From NCBI GenBank assembly GCA_001662655.1, contig KV460220.1: DNA of 64,000 nt. One strand, written 5' to 3'. Under the pieces are notes generated by a model. The model ran no database searches and was not told the origin of the DNA. It saw only the letters and a program-made list of their open reading frames with translations. A program made the translations under genes and the position numbers. Positions 34,701-46,098 of this stretch are shown piece by piece. The stretch is from Pseudogymnoascus verrucosus. Lineage: Eukaryota. Numbering within the stretch: the stretch's first letter is position 1; every line of letters starts with the position of its first letter.

Positions 34701-35626
34701 TCAAGAAGAGCCAAGCCATTTCCCTAAGAACTCAATCTGTCCTCTAATATTCTGTTCAAACCAATCCCCAGTATAGATGTCAAAATAACCTGCGCCATCA
34801 ATATACAAAAGCTGCTTTGGCTCGATGGCCTTTTCGTACGTGGCCATCTGAGATGCCGTGGTGGTGACAAGAATGTCGTTCCCAGGAATGACCATCAACA
34901 GCGGAGTCGGCGAGATACGATGCACCATACTCTGTCCTTCAAAAGCTAGCATATTGAGCTGTGTCTGAGCCGTCACAGAATTCTCCCAACGACCACCGCA
35001 ATCGTACGAACCGCGCACCTGCTCATAAGCATGGACACCGGGAAACATGGCAGTAGTGGTCCCTGACTGCGCTGCTTCCAAGTTCTCCGCAATAAGTGGA
35101 ACCCTTTTTGGTTCTGATCCTGTAATGATACGAGCGCACTCTTTCAGAATACCCGGGATTCGGTCTTTGAAGGCCAAGGATCGCGTCTCTCCAGACACTG
35201 CAGGGCATTGTACGATAGCAGCTTTGTATACTATGCGAGTATCATCATCCACACTGGGGAATGATGTCGCGAAATTGAACGCATCGTAGTAGTCGGCTTG
35301 TTGAAGGGGCGGGTTTGACTCTTGCCGCGGTAGTCCATCACTGTCACCCCAATTCCGATTATCATAGAGGAGTACACTGTACCCGCCTTGCTGGAATCGA
35401 TCTGCGAAATTTGGAAGCCAATAGTGGCGGACACCACCAGGCTATTTGTAACAAACGGACGAGAATTAGCCAATTTCATAAGAAAATTCAATATCTCAAT
35501 AATTACGGAGTACGCACCCCGTGGGTCATGATCACACACGCCGATTTCTCAACTTGGGGATAACTATCCCCGGAGCATAGTGCTATCACAAGTTTTGAAC
35601 TCAATGGTTTCACGAGCGAGGACCAT
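34701..35626 (-). pseudogene. Alpha/beta-hydrolase pseudogene (AidA/CocE-like family)
   Basis: MVLARETIEFKTCDSTMLRG* has TAG at 35564-35566, then a frameshift before VIMTHG. Exon 2 has YDNRNWGDSDGLPRQE...DYYDAF but jumps from RIVY straight to KAAIVQCP, lacking the GxSxGG nucleophile elbow. The expected C-terminal His reads GAGYFD. Confidence 0.75.
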
Positions 35627-36191
35627 TGTTACAGAGATATTGATTGTTCCAGGTGTAAGTCGAAATTGAAGATTGTCGAGTTGGCTATTTGAGAACGACA
35701 AATAAAGTAGCAGAGGCGATATTATGATATTGTCCTCCTGTTCTTTTGCAAGCCTAGGTTTAACAATGGACGAGTAATCCGAAAACCATCGAACTTTTGA
35801 TCACGTTGCTTTAGCCGACCGGGGTGTCCCTCGTGATCCCCGCCCGAGGTTGCTCAAGTGATTAGTGATTAATCTGATGTCACACATAAGACAGCATAAA
35901 TACCATTTAGAAATGTGAACTACATTAAAAAACGGCAAAAAACATACAACAGTGGGTATTCGCTGGTGGTCACCCACCCAACTACTAATCCACCGATCTC
36001 AAGCTTGTGTATGGCAGAGCGGACGGGATGCCCAATTCTCTTGAGTCTATGGTCGTATGTGTCTGTTCTTCGAGTGTCGTTGATTATATAGCGAATATCA
36101 AGTATTAGTCGTGGCTGCCCAATTTGCCCTTCGGTGAGTGTAAGTAGGTCGACGACATAATCAGGTATGCGGCTCGGCGCAGAAGAACAGA

Positions 36192-36296
36192 GCAAGCAAA
36201 GTAACGATATGCCACAATGTGCGATATGTTTACTTATAAACATATCTATTACTTATAAACATATCGCACATTGTGGCATATCATTACTTTGCTTGC
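36192..36296. repeat. 41-bp inverted repeat (1 mismatch) with 23-nt spacer
   Basis: gcaagcaaagtaacgatatgccacaatgtgcgatatgttta (36192-36232) versus taaacatatcgcacattgtggcatatcattactttgcttgc (36256-36296). Confidence 0.95.
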
Positions 36297-36863
36297 AAGT
36301 AGATGGGATCACTTAGGAGTGTGCAGTATGGCTTGCCTTGATTCAGTATAGAGGAAGTGATTAATTAGGAAAGAGACGCCATCATTCGTATATCCCCATT
36401 ATGATCCTTATCAGCCCACGCTTTTAGGAAAGTGACCCAAATGAATATTTATTTTCTTTCAAATTTATAAAGATGGATGTACGATAAATAGGTGAGTGCC
36501 GCGATTAATTAGTTGTGGAAAATAAATTGGCTTGTTTCGTAGAATTGCAAGACGGGTATGTCTACTTTATGGCCAGAGTTCCTGGTCGATGGCCTAATCC
36601 CTCCATAATGTATAACTGATGATACTACTCGTGGACAGTCCTGACAGCTGCTAGCTGCTAGCTTTGACCTCTTCTAAATAAAGGAAAATAAATTGTAGCT
36701 AACCTTGTTACCAGTTGCAAGAGTAATTTGTCAGACGATATTTGTCAAAATCCACCTACGCCAAAAGATTGGACTCTAGAAAATATTAAGCTGTGTGTGA
36801 TATCATCATCTCATTGTAAAGGCTATACTAGAACAATTTAGGTCATTTTTCGCTTTCTTAGCA

Positions 36864-39800
36864 TTACATGTGTACGCATAATTCTTCAGGAATGGTAGGA
36901 GGTAGGTCAGCCGATTTTACCAGCTGATTCCCACACACTGGACAGCTATTTGTTTCCGTAGGGGGACAGAACCTACATATGTCGAGATATTCACACTCAT
37001 AGCGCTCTGCATTTTTCGAGAACCGTCCGAGGCAAATATCACAAAACCGGCTACTCAAATCCTTAGATGGCAATGTAGCCCAAGTTTCTAGGTTTGAATT
37101 TTCTGCTTCGCTTGTTTCGTAGAGGAGCGAGTGGATTTCATGCATTCCCCTCTGCTGGGCCACCATGGCCGGCGTAAGTCCCCAGACATCGGAGCAACAT
37201 TTCTCAACGCCTGGTAAGCTGATTAGGAATTGAATCATGTCTAGATGGCCTCCGCAGACAGCAGCAAATAGTGGTGTTCGTCCAAATCGATCTGGGGTAT
37301 CTGGTCTCGCTCCAGCTGTTATAAGGAGACTCGCTTCCGATATGTGGCCTTCGGCGCTCGCTATGTGCAAAGGGGTTCGACCAAGGAAATTCAAATCAGG
37401 ATTATTCCCATGTTTGAGTAAAGCCCTACCAGCCACATCATGGCCACCCTCAGCCTCCACCAAGGGCAACTGTTGTGGTCCAGTCCCAAGAGGTTCCGGA
37501 TTAGCGCCCCTATCTAAGAGCAGTCTAAGTACCTTCTCATGGCCACTCCATGCAGCCCAGGATAGCGAGGTGTAACCTAATTGATCACTACCATCGATGT
37601 TGGCGCTATTGTTCAGGAGCATCGTAACCACCATATCGTTGCCATTCATGGCTGCTAATTGTAATGGCGTTTGTCTCCTGTGGGACTTTGGGTCAATACA
37701 GGCACCCCTGTTCAGAAGAAGCTTCACAGTCGATTCTGAGCCATTGAAAGCAGCTAGGCATAATGGAGTCAGGCCGTCGCTGTCTCGTCTAGCCTTAATA
37801 TTGGCACCACTATCTAACAAATGTTTGGTTTGTATTTCGTAACCCCTTTTTGCAGCTCGATGTAGTGGCGTTTCCCCCTCCGTGTCCTTCGCTTCGGTGT
37901 TGGCGCCCCTGCCTAAGAGAATCCTGACTACGCCTTCGTTGTTCACCTGCCAAGGTAGGAAGACCCTAGTGGCTTTATGTAGTGGTGTTTCGCCATTTTT
38001 GCCGATAACGTTCGAACTAGTTCAAGGAGCAGTTCAACTATTGTCGGTTGACTACTAAATGCCGCGTGATGTAACGCGCCTTCTCTATATTCACTCGTGC
38101 TTTTGAAATTGGCGCCCATACTTAGAAGCAGTTTGACTGTCGTCGTATGCCCTCGTTTTGCGGCTGTAACAAATGGAGTCCTTCCCCAGTTAGACTTAGA
38201 TTCAATGTTGGCGCCTCTATCCACCAGCAGTGTGAGCACCATATCATGGCCTTTAGATGCAGCAGTATCTAATGGAGTTTCCGAGCTTCCATTCTTGATT
38301 TCAATATCAGCATTATTATCTAGGAGAAGGTTGGCAATCGCTCCATGACCCTGCGACGCAGCCGCATGCAATGGTGACATGCCATCCACGCATATTATAT
38401 CGGTGTGGGCTCCCCTGTCAAGAAGCATCTTGGTTACCATCTCATGGCCGTGGATTACAGCAAAGAATAGGGGTGTGTTATTAATTGAGTCAAGAATATC
38501 CACGTTGTTGGGATTTGTTACAAGAAGTTCTTGCATCAAATGCTCGAGATTGAAAAATGCTGCAATGTGCTCTGCCTTTACATCACTCGTTTTTACCCCG
38601 CGTGTCTCAATGCCAGTAAATGGTTCAAATCCGCAGCGATCACGATCATATGCGGATATTTTAGCCTGACTCTGAAGAAATTTTAGAGCATTAGATGAAA
38701 TCTCAGGCCCTTCTCGGAAATGATGTCCCCAATTGTAGGACGCGTAATTGTAGAAGGGGTATTCGCGAGGAATCCCTTCAATCTCAGCTTCGGTTTGGAA
38801 TCGATCTTCAAACACATCATATGATACGTATGTCAAACAACTATCCGCCATGAGATCGTGAATATTGGGGAACCACGTCTTCTAGGTGTCCTCAAAGTAC
38901 TTCTAGGTGGTGTAGTGTACGAGCGTCACATTTCTCGTTTGCTCGTCCACAGTAACTAGACTACAGCAATATGAAGTCAACTGTTCGATGTTGGTGATGT
39001 TCGTCTCGTCAAATTCGCTCGTTTCAATCTCGACCGCTAGCGCATGTTCCAGCTCTGCGACGGTCAGGGTTCGTCTGGCGTTTAGGATCCAACCGATGGT
39101 CTTCTTCGCGAGGTCAGAAGCATTTGCACTCTGGCGATCGATTCTGCTCATAGTCTCATTATACGCATGGTCATAAGCATTAGACTCAGAGCCAGTGCGG
39201 AACTGTTCCAGCATCCTTTGAATTCCCTTTTCGTTTACTTAGTCGAGGAGCAGGTCAAAATAGAGCCGAGCAAGGAGGAACCTAATTATATTAGCACTGA
39301 CTTAGAATGGCACAGATATCGTACATTTCTTTAGCAAATTCGGTAATAGTATCCTTGATGACCAGCTGCAGGTTTGGCCTCTTTCGAATAAATAGCGGGA
39401 GATCTCCTAGGCGCATGTCGACATAGTGCTGGATATCTTCAGTGCTTGCCCGTATCTCAAGGGAAGCGACGCCCTCAAAATACACCGCAATCTCCTGATC
39501 TAGTCGAGATGTTGCAAGGATTTTGAAACCTTCATCTTGCAGACGGACAAGCCGGCGAATGAATGGGTGACGTACGCTGTGACCACCATCGGAAATCCGG
39601 CATTCATCGAGGGCATCGATGATGACAAAAGCTCTTGTGCACGAAGAAAGGACAGATCGTAATTCGCCGAGCACCTCACCCTCGGAAGGACGACTCCCTT
39701 TTAACGAGTAGTTTTGATAAAATGATCTAGTACTCTCCGGAATTGAGGTCTTTCGCTGCACGGCTTGTCTTAGAAGGGCAGAATAGAGCTCGACAAGTGC

Positions 39801-40625
39801 ATGCTGCTGCCGATAGTTGCAAAAGAGGTACGCGATTCCGATCTCGTCTTGGTTAGGAAATACCTGCTCTAGGTGATCAATGATGATTGATGAGAGAACT
39901 GTCTTTCCGGCCCCAGGAATCCCAGGACAGAAGAGAATCTGCTCTTCGCCGCCGACCCATTGCTGAAACCTCTCCGTTTTCAGCAACCACGTCCCTGTCC
40001 CATCCTGGTGAGAATTGAATACTTCGCTTTGCCGTGCCGAAGGGCTGATTGGGCTTAGCCAAGATAGGATCTTCTCACGTTCATGATCTTCTTGCCCCCG
40101 GTTGAGTTTTTCGATTCCGTGTCTATCATGTTATTCAAAGACATCAGAGTGAGTGTGGGAAGTAGTCATACTGGTTGGCCTTCCCTACAATGAGATTCAG
40201 CATAGAAATATTGGACACGATCCGCGATCGGAAATTGTTGATCTCCGTCTGATCCCATCTGAGTCTCTTCCACGTCTGGCGTACTTTGCCCTTCTAGTCC
40301 GGGGTTGAATCGTTCGCGATAACATTGAGTTTGTTCAGCTTGGCTGAAAGCTCCTCGAGAACATTCTGGCAGCCTTGGATGACTTTGTGGACGCCATCTT
40401 TCTGCTGGCTATCAAATTCTTTTTCATCGAGGCCGTCGATACGGTGTAGTGTGAATATGAGAGATTCGACTCTGGCATCAGTCAATAATGTAATGAACTA
40501 AAGGGTTTGTCTTACTCCTCAGTAATTGCTTTGTACTCTCTGGGAGCCTGCGCAAAGCGGCCTCGCAGGTCGTTTGCGAGTTGTACCAGTAGCACGAAAT
40601 CCCCCACGCTATAGCCGAAGCTCAT
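36864..40625 (-). pseudogene. Fungal NLR (STAND) pseudogene: SesA/HeLo-like N-terminus, NACHT, ankyrin repeats, Cys-rich tail
   Basis: MSFGYSVGDF start, Walker A GIPGAGKT, Walker B IIDALDE, many TPLH ankyrin repeats. In-frame stops at ~40294 (TAG), ~39239 (TAA), 38903 (TAG) and ~38883 (TAG). 1-nt frameshift near 38017. Confidence 0.88.
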
Positions 40626-40974
40626 GTTGTCAGAGGCGAGGTTACTAGCTAGAACAAATACTAAGAGCTAGATGGTGGTCTCAAAGTGTAAATCAACATA
40701 CTGGTAATGGCCTCACGTAGTTTTGCATAGTCGGTTCGAATTGTACCTTGATGCAGGTGGGTGGAGCGAGCCCGAAATGTGCCAGCACGGCTATGTGAGG
40801 TAGTCGTCGTGACCAGCTTTTCGCTTCGTGCGAGGTTTGAGGTGGCAGCAACGACGTGGTTTAATGTTCGTGATCACCAAAATGCGTGAGTATCTTTTTA
40901 TAGCAGTTTATATGTAAAGGTGCATAAATTAATTGCCACGTTAAATTAATTCTCACTTCGGTGCTCCCAGCCCC

Positions 40975-41073
40975 ATCCACTCTCACGTCCACTCCTACAC
41001 CCACTCCTACACCCACTCCTACACCCACTCCTACACCCACACTCACTCCTATTCCCACTTCTACTCCAACTCC
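40975..41073. repeat. Low-complexity (CCCACTCCTACA)n minisatellite
   Basis: About four perfect 12-mer units from ~40989, with degenerate hexamers on both sides. Confidence 0.8.
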
Positions 41074-41227
41074 TGATAATCATCTTGGGTGCACGTCGGA
41101 GGCTAGTACTCAGAATCTAAGGAGTTCTAGAAGAGGATACAGACAATCGAATACAGATGGAAACAACATTAATATCCATTGCCTCTATCTGAAAATGGGC
41201 ATCGCATCATTCAAGATGCTTCACCCG

Positions 41228-42754
41228 CTAATTAAACCCTTTAAAAACATCCGTACATACCACATCCAACGTAGAGGCATCGACATTTAAGCAGTAGGCC
41301 TCATTCTTGCCGCCTGGGCTCACGACATTGATATCGCTTGCCACAATGCCATTACACACTGTACTTGAACTGCAAGCAAACGTACCAATCTGCGGCTGGT
41401 ACTTTGTGCTTGTTTTCCCAATGAAATTCTTGAACACGATATCGGTGATTGTAAGAGGGGATGGGTATTCCAGACAGAGGGTAAGATTCTTCTGGCCGTA
41501 GCACTGATCGACTTCAATCGCGTAGTCGACGTTGTTGATATACATTGTGTCGTAGGTTATGTTGTTAACCCTTCCTGAACCACCGCCACCTTGGAGATCC
41601 CCAGAGAGGGCGGAGGCAGTGTTCGGCCACACCTTGATGCGGGCACCGTCAGAGGCGTCAGTCATAGATATGTTGTAGACATGGACATTTTCGACAATGC
41701 TGTAGTATTTTAGTATTGATTTGAGACACGACAATTTGGAGATGCTCACTCAAATTGGCCAACATATTGGCCGAGAGAACCGACGGATATACCGTGGGAG
41801 CCCTTGCAGACGAGGTTTTGGATCAGGATGTTGGTGCTGTTTGGTTTAAACGCAACGCAATCTTCACTTGTCATTAGATTGTTTGAGGTGGTCGGAGGGG
41901 AGTTTGCTTACCATCACCATTAACGATGTAAGAATTTTGAATCGTGATATCCGTACTCCTGTAGGTGTCCCAGCCATCCGTGTTCTTCGCTGGGTTTGCA
42001 CTGTTACTTCCTCCTGCAATGTTGATGTTATCAAAAATAACATTGCTAGAATTAGCGACGAAATGATAATACTGTGGCGAATAACGCAGTACCAAATCGC
42101 TCAATATCGAGTTCTTAAGACCGTCAACACCGAAGAGGACTGGGCGAAGAGTGTAGATATCCTTGGCATATAAATCATACCAAGCTTGTCCGTTGCCGTC
42201 GATAGTTCCGCCACCGTATATGTTGACGTCGTTGCCACCCAGTTTGAAAAACGAGGTTACGTTCTGGAAGACGAATGGGAAAGAGTTGGCTTGCCAGTAG
42301 TCGGTGTCATTAGAGAAGAGCCACATTCCTTGGATGTCTGCAATTGGGTTAGTTTGGATGTTCAGAGTATTTTGTTGTGATTCTTACCAAGGTCAATGTG
42401 GTTTAAGAAAGTCAAATCCATTGCGGTGCCTATGAAATACTGAACCCCCTCCCTGAAAACAACATGCCCGCCATTGTTGCAGTCATGCAGCGCCTTCATG
42501 ATATACGGCGTGTCGTCTGTCTTGCCATCCCCGTGGCTCTTCGCGTAGCACACCTTGTGGCGCGCTGCAGGAGATGGAGGTGGCACATGGGGTTTGTGGG
42601 GGTGGCACTTGACATTTGGTCGGGACGAGGTGTGATCTGGTCGTTTCTGGCCAGCGTTGCTCTTCCCCCAGTTACTCACAGCCTCAAATGTTGGAGACGC
42701 AACTGAGAGCGTCGCCGACGCAATTGTCAGGGCGGTTGCAAGTTGGAATCGCAT
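41228..42754 (-). CDS. Secreted exo-polygalacturonase (GH28, PgxB-like)
   Basis: Signal peptide [19 protein letters not shown] and the four GH28 motifs NTD, GDD (across an intron), GSHG and RIK. Three introns. Confidence 0.92.
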
Positions 42755-43791
42755 GTTGGTGACTGTCTTTGCTTATTGGGTTGATATGAGCGAAGCTGCA
42801 GAATATCTCTGGGCATCCTGCCAATTTTATAAGCTTTGGGATAATTTGGGCGGTGACGTGCCCCCCAGCCCATGGCTATTTCCCATGCCAGGGGCGCGGT
42901 AAAATTGTCCGGATCCGCGTCGACATTGGACGACAGCTGCGAATAACGGAAGCACAACGGAAGCATTCAGGCCCACAAGAGCTACCAACATAGCTCTCAA
43001 TTGAGGGGAAATACCCCAACTTACGCCCTACCCCGCAGATTTCGAGCCGCTATCAGTGGTCGAGTGATTTACTTCCCGTTGGGCGGGTTAGGATCCCTGC
43101 CAAGCAAATCGTGGAAATGTCGCTATTGGTGGAACTTAGGTCGCTGTCCGACCGTACGCATAAATTATCAAGATGCTCATCAGATTTGACGTTTCTAGAA
43201 GATTTGCCGAAATTTATGTGTGCACAAAATTGCCATGGAGAAGCCAGGGCACATTTACGCTGTCGACGTAGTCTCACCATACAATCCGCAATTACTGTTA
43301 ATCTCATCTCATTAGCTAATTTAGCCCATTTTAGCCAATTTTGAGGTTCCGTATTGAGTGTGTTTTACCAACTCTTATTACTCTTATTACTCTCGTTATT
43401 TTTATCAATATCTGTCACTACACGCCTTGAAGGTTTCTTTTTGCCAAGATGACTGTCGTTTGGTTCTAATTTAAGGTTAGAGCCATCTGAAAAAAGCACA
43501 CCACATCTGTTATGCGGGAGATCGCTGATCGGCATTGTCGCAGGTTTATATTAGACTTATGTCTCCTTTACTTCTTTACACATCATATCTGGAAATCACA
43601 GAGGCTTTTAGCAAAGGAATATATAACAGGATCGAGTATACTTCGTTAATAATTAAAGCTTTGCTTGGCCTGCTTAATTAGGTTAGACCTACCACTACCT
43701 AAATTGAATGCTGTGCCGCCTGGAGATAGGTTCCAAACCTTTTCTAATCGTAGAAGTTCAGCAAAATCACATCCACAAAGTACGGAATGCA

Positions 43792-45576
43792 ATGGTTTGC
43801 TATCAATTGCGATCGTGGCTTCATGTCGTAGTCGGGCTTCTTCTCTTGGGCCAGATATCCTTCATCCAATGCTCCAGTCAACCCCCGCGTCGGGGAGGCC
43901 GACTAGGATCCCCCGGATGTCCCCGGCAGCCACACCATGTCGACCCAGGCCCCCCTCCGCAGCCGATAGGTATTGAGTTTGGCCCCGAACATGTGTATGA
44001 GTACCTCTAATCTACGATTGCCTCATGTGCTAATACTTCACAGCGTCGCAGCATATGCTCATTCCCCCACCAATATCACTATCCTCGCCATGATCAACGG
44101 CCGTAATTCAAGTCACGCGGCTTATTTTGAGAACATGATGCTGCTCCGTCTGGCAAACGATAAAAGAGTTATAGCCATGGCCAAAATCAGCAGGGAGAAT
44201 TTTCCTGTCCCAACTGGGAAAGAAATAGTACTAGCCGTTAAGAATTTGTTGTGGCATTATTTGCGCAACAAATTGCCTGCCATTCCCTTCTTTGGCGGCC
44301 CAAAGCATGGTGAGTCGGATGATGGATTCGACGATGAATTATACTATGAATCAGACCATGAATCAGCATCATGGATTTGGATGCCATGGATTTGGATGCG
44401 CTCTATCCTCAGCGGGGTTGGGGATGACATAGAAGATGCACTTATCTTCGCCCTCGACAAATTCATGGAGGTTGCCGGACTTATCACGCTCAATGAAGTT
44501 CTTCGGCGTAAAGCCAAATCGCTAACGGACAACGCCATCAGAGAAAGCTTCACCCCCGTCATCCAAGAGCTCCTAGACAGCGCCCTGAAGAACCATAACG
44601 TCACCATCGACTTCGCCCTCCTCAGTCTCCCTGAATACTTCCCCCAGAAACACGAATACATCCCAATCAATGCCTGCTTCTCTCTCGGGGTCAAGTCAGC
44701 CCATGCTATCATCCCTAAACCCCTTGCCGCACTTGAAAGCGTGGCCACTAAGCCAGAGGCACGTATCCTCCTCCTCGATCAAGGCCACCACCACATGAGT
44801 GTCCAGGTGGTTCACTACCGTCGCAGTGCCCCCACGCCGTTTGACGCATTCCGGGGTGAGGCGTTGGAGAAGACTCTTTTCGCACGGGTGACGGCGAAGG
44901 GAGCACTGCACGATCAGTTTATGTTGAAAGATAAGTTCAACATCGTACGGGATGGGTGGAAAGTTCATAACGAAATTGAGCGAGCGAGGATCTTGATTAA
45001 AGATAATATCTTAGATTGCGTTAGTAAGGATAGGGCAGACGAGGATTGTGAGGAGGATCGCCACCACAATGAGTGGCCGCTCGATCTCAAAAATTGGTGG
45101 ACCATCATCGAAGATTTCGGGCCCAGCTCCATCCCAACAGTCGTTTTAGAATGGGAGGATGTGAAAGCCAGCGAGGACGAATACGTAGAGAGATTAAGCA
45201 ACAGTCTCGAGAACTTCCTAAGGGCTTCACGAAGTTAGTATCACGGTCCCATTAATGCTCCTAGTTCCGAGACTAATGCCTTACAGAAGTCCGCCTGGAC
45301 AAAGAGAATGGTGGGTTGAGCGATTTCGGACCGCCGCAAGAAGTCGACACTGTTGTCATCGTGACAGACCAGCCCCATGGAGCTCTGCTTAGACGCGCAG
45401 CTAAGCTCACTGTTGGAGATGGAGTGCGGATCTACGGGGGTAGGATTACAGATTTCTCCATGGCTGCTGAAGGGGCGGCGATTCTCGCACTCAAGCGAAG
45501 ACGGCGTTGGGATGATTTGCAGGAGTACGAGGAGGGTTTGACATTAGATCCGCCGGTGTGCGACGTGCATGTATGA
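43792..45576 (+). CDS. Hypothetical protein, probably a diverged actin-like ATPase/Hsp70-fold with an N-terminal hydrophobic leader
   Basis: ATG 43792, introns 43995-44043 and 45234-45286. IGIEFG, LLSLPEYF, ILLLDQG and MAAEGAAILA loosely parallel the Hsp70 motifs GIDLG, VITVPAYF, VLVFDLG and AVAxGAAI. Confidence 0.55.
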
Positions 45577-46098
45577 TATACTTAATGAAATAGACTTTGC
45601 TACTACCCAATACTTCTCGCCCTTATATGCGAGAGTAATTTGTGGCTACTCGAGGGGAAGGCTGTAGACTGGCTCATGAAGCGCCAACCGATCTTCAAAC
45701 AGGATATACAATAGATAGAAGAACTAGAACAATAGATGGGCCCATTAATTGATTCCACATAGTCTCGCTTCCAGCAGAATATTGACCTTCGTAGTGTTCA
45801 GTTGATATAGAAAACAATGCGAATAGGAAGTGGTTTTACTTCAGGATTAATGGGATTGATGTTGGATTCCTGTCGACAATTTCACGCCATGGGTATCTTT
45901 CGATGGAGCCAGAGAGTAGTCAATATTATTAATAGAGAGTAATCAAATCACAACACAGTGAGTAACACCAGGGCCCAATTTTTACACTAAATACAGCTAT
46001 CATAGAGCCTTCATATACAAACGCCGCCTATATAATCCCCGCTATACCCTTGCTTACTTCTCTACACATAAAAGTCGCGAGAAAATAGAAATCAAGAT

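Noticed and set aside
38883..40296. NLR TAG stops as targets of restorative A-to-I editing or readthrough
   Set aside because: The gene also has a TAA stop and a frameshift near 38017, and at least one TAG stands where Gln (HYTTQ) is expected. RIP-type decay explains all the stops more simply.
40861..41290. ORFs encoding (PT)n or (GV)n
   Set aside because: Products of a minisatellite, with non-ATG starts, no signal peptide and no splice support.
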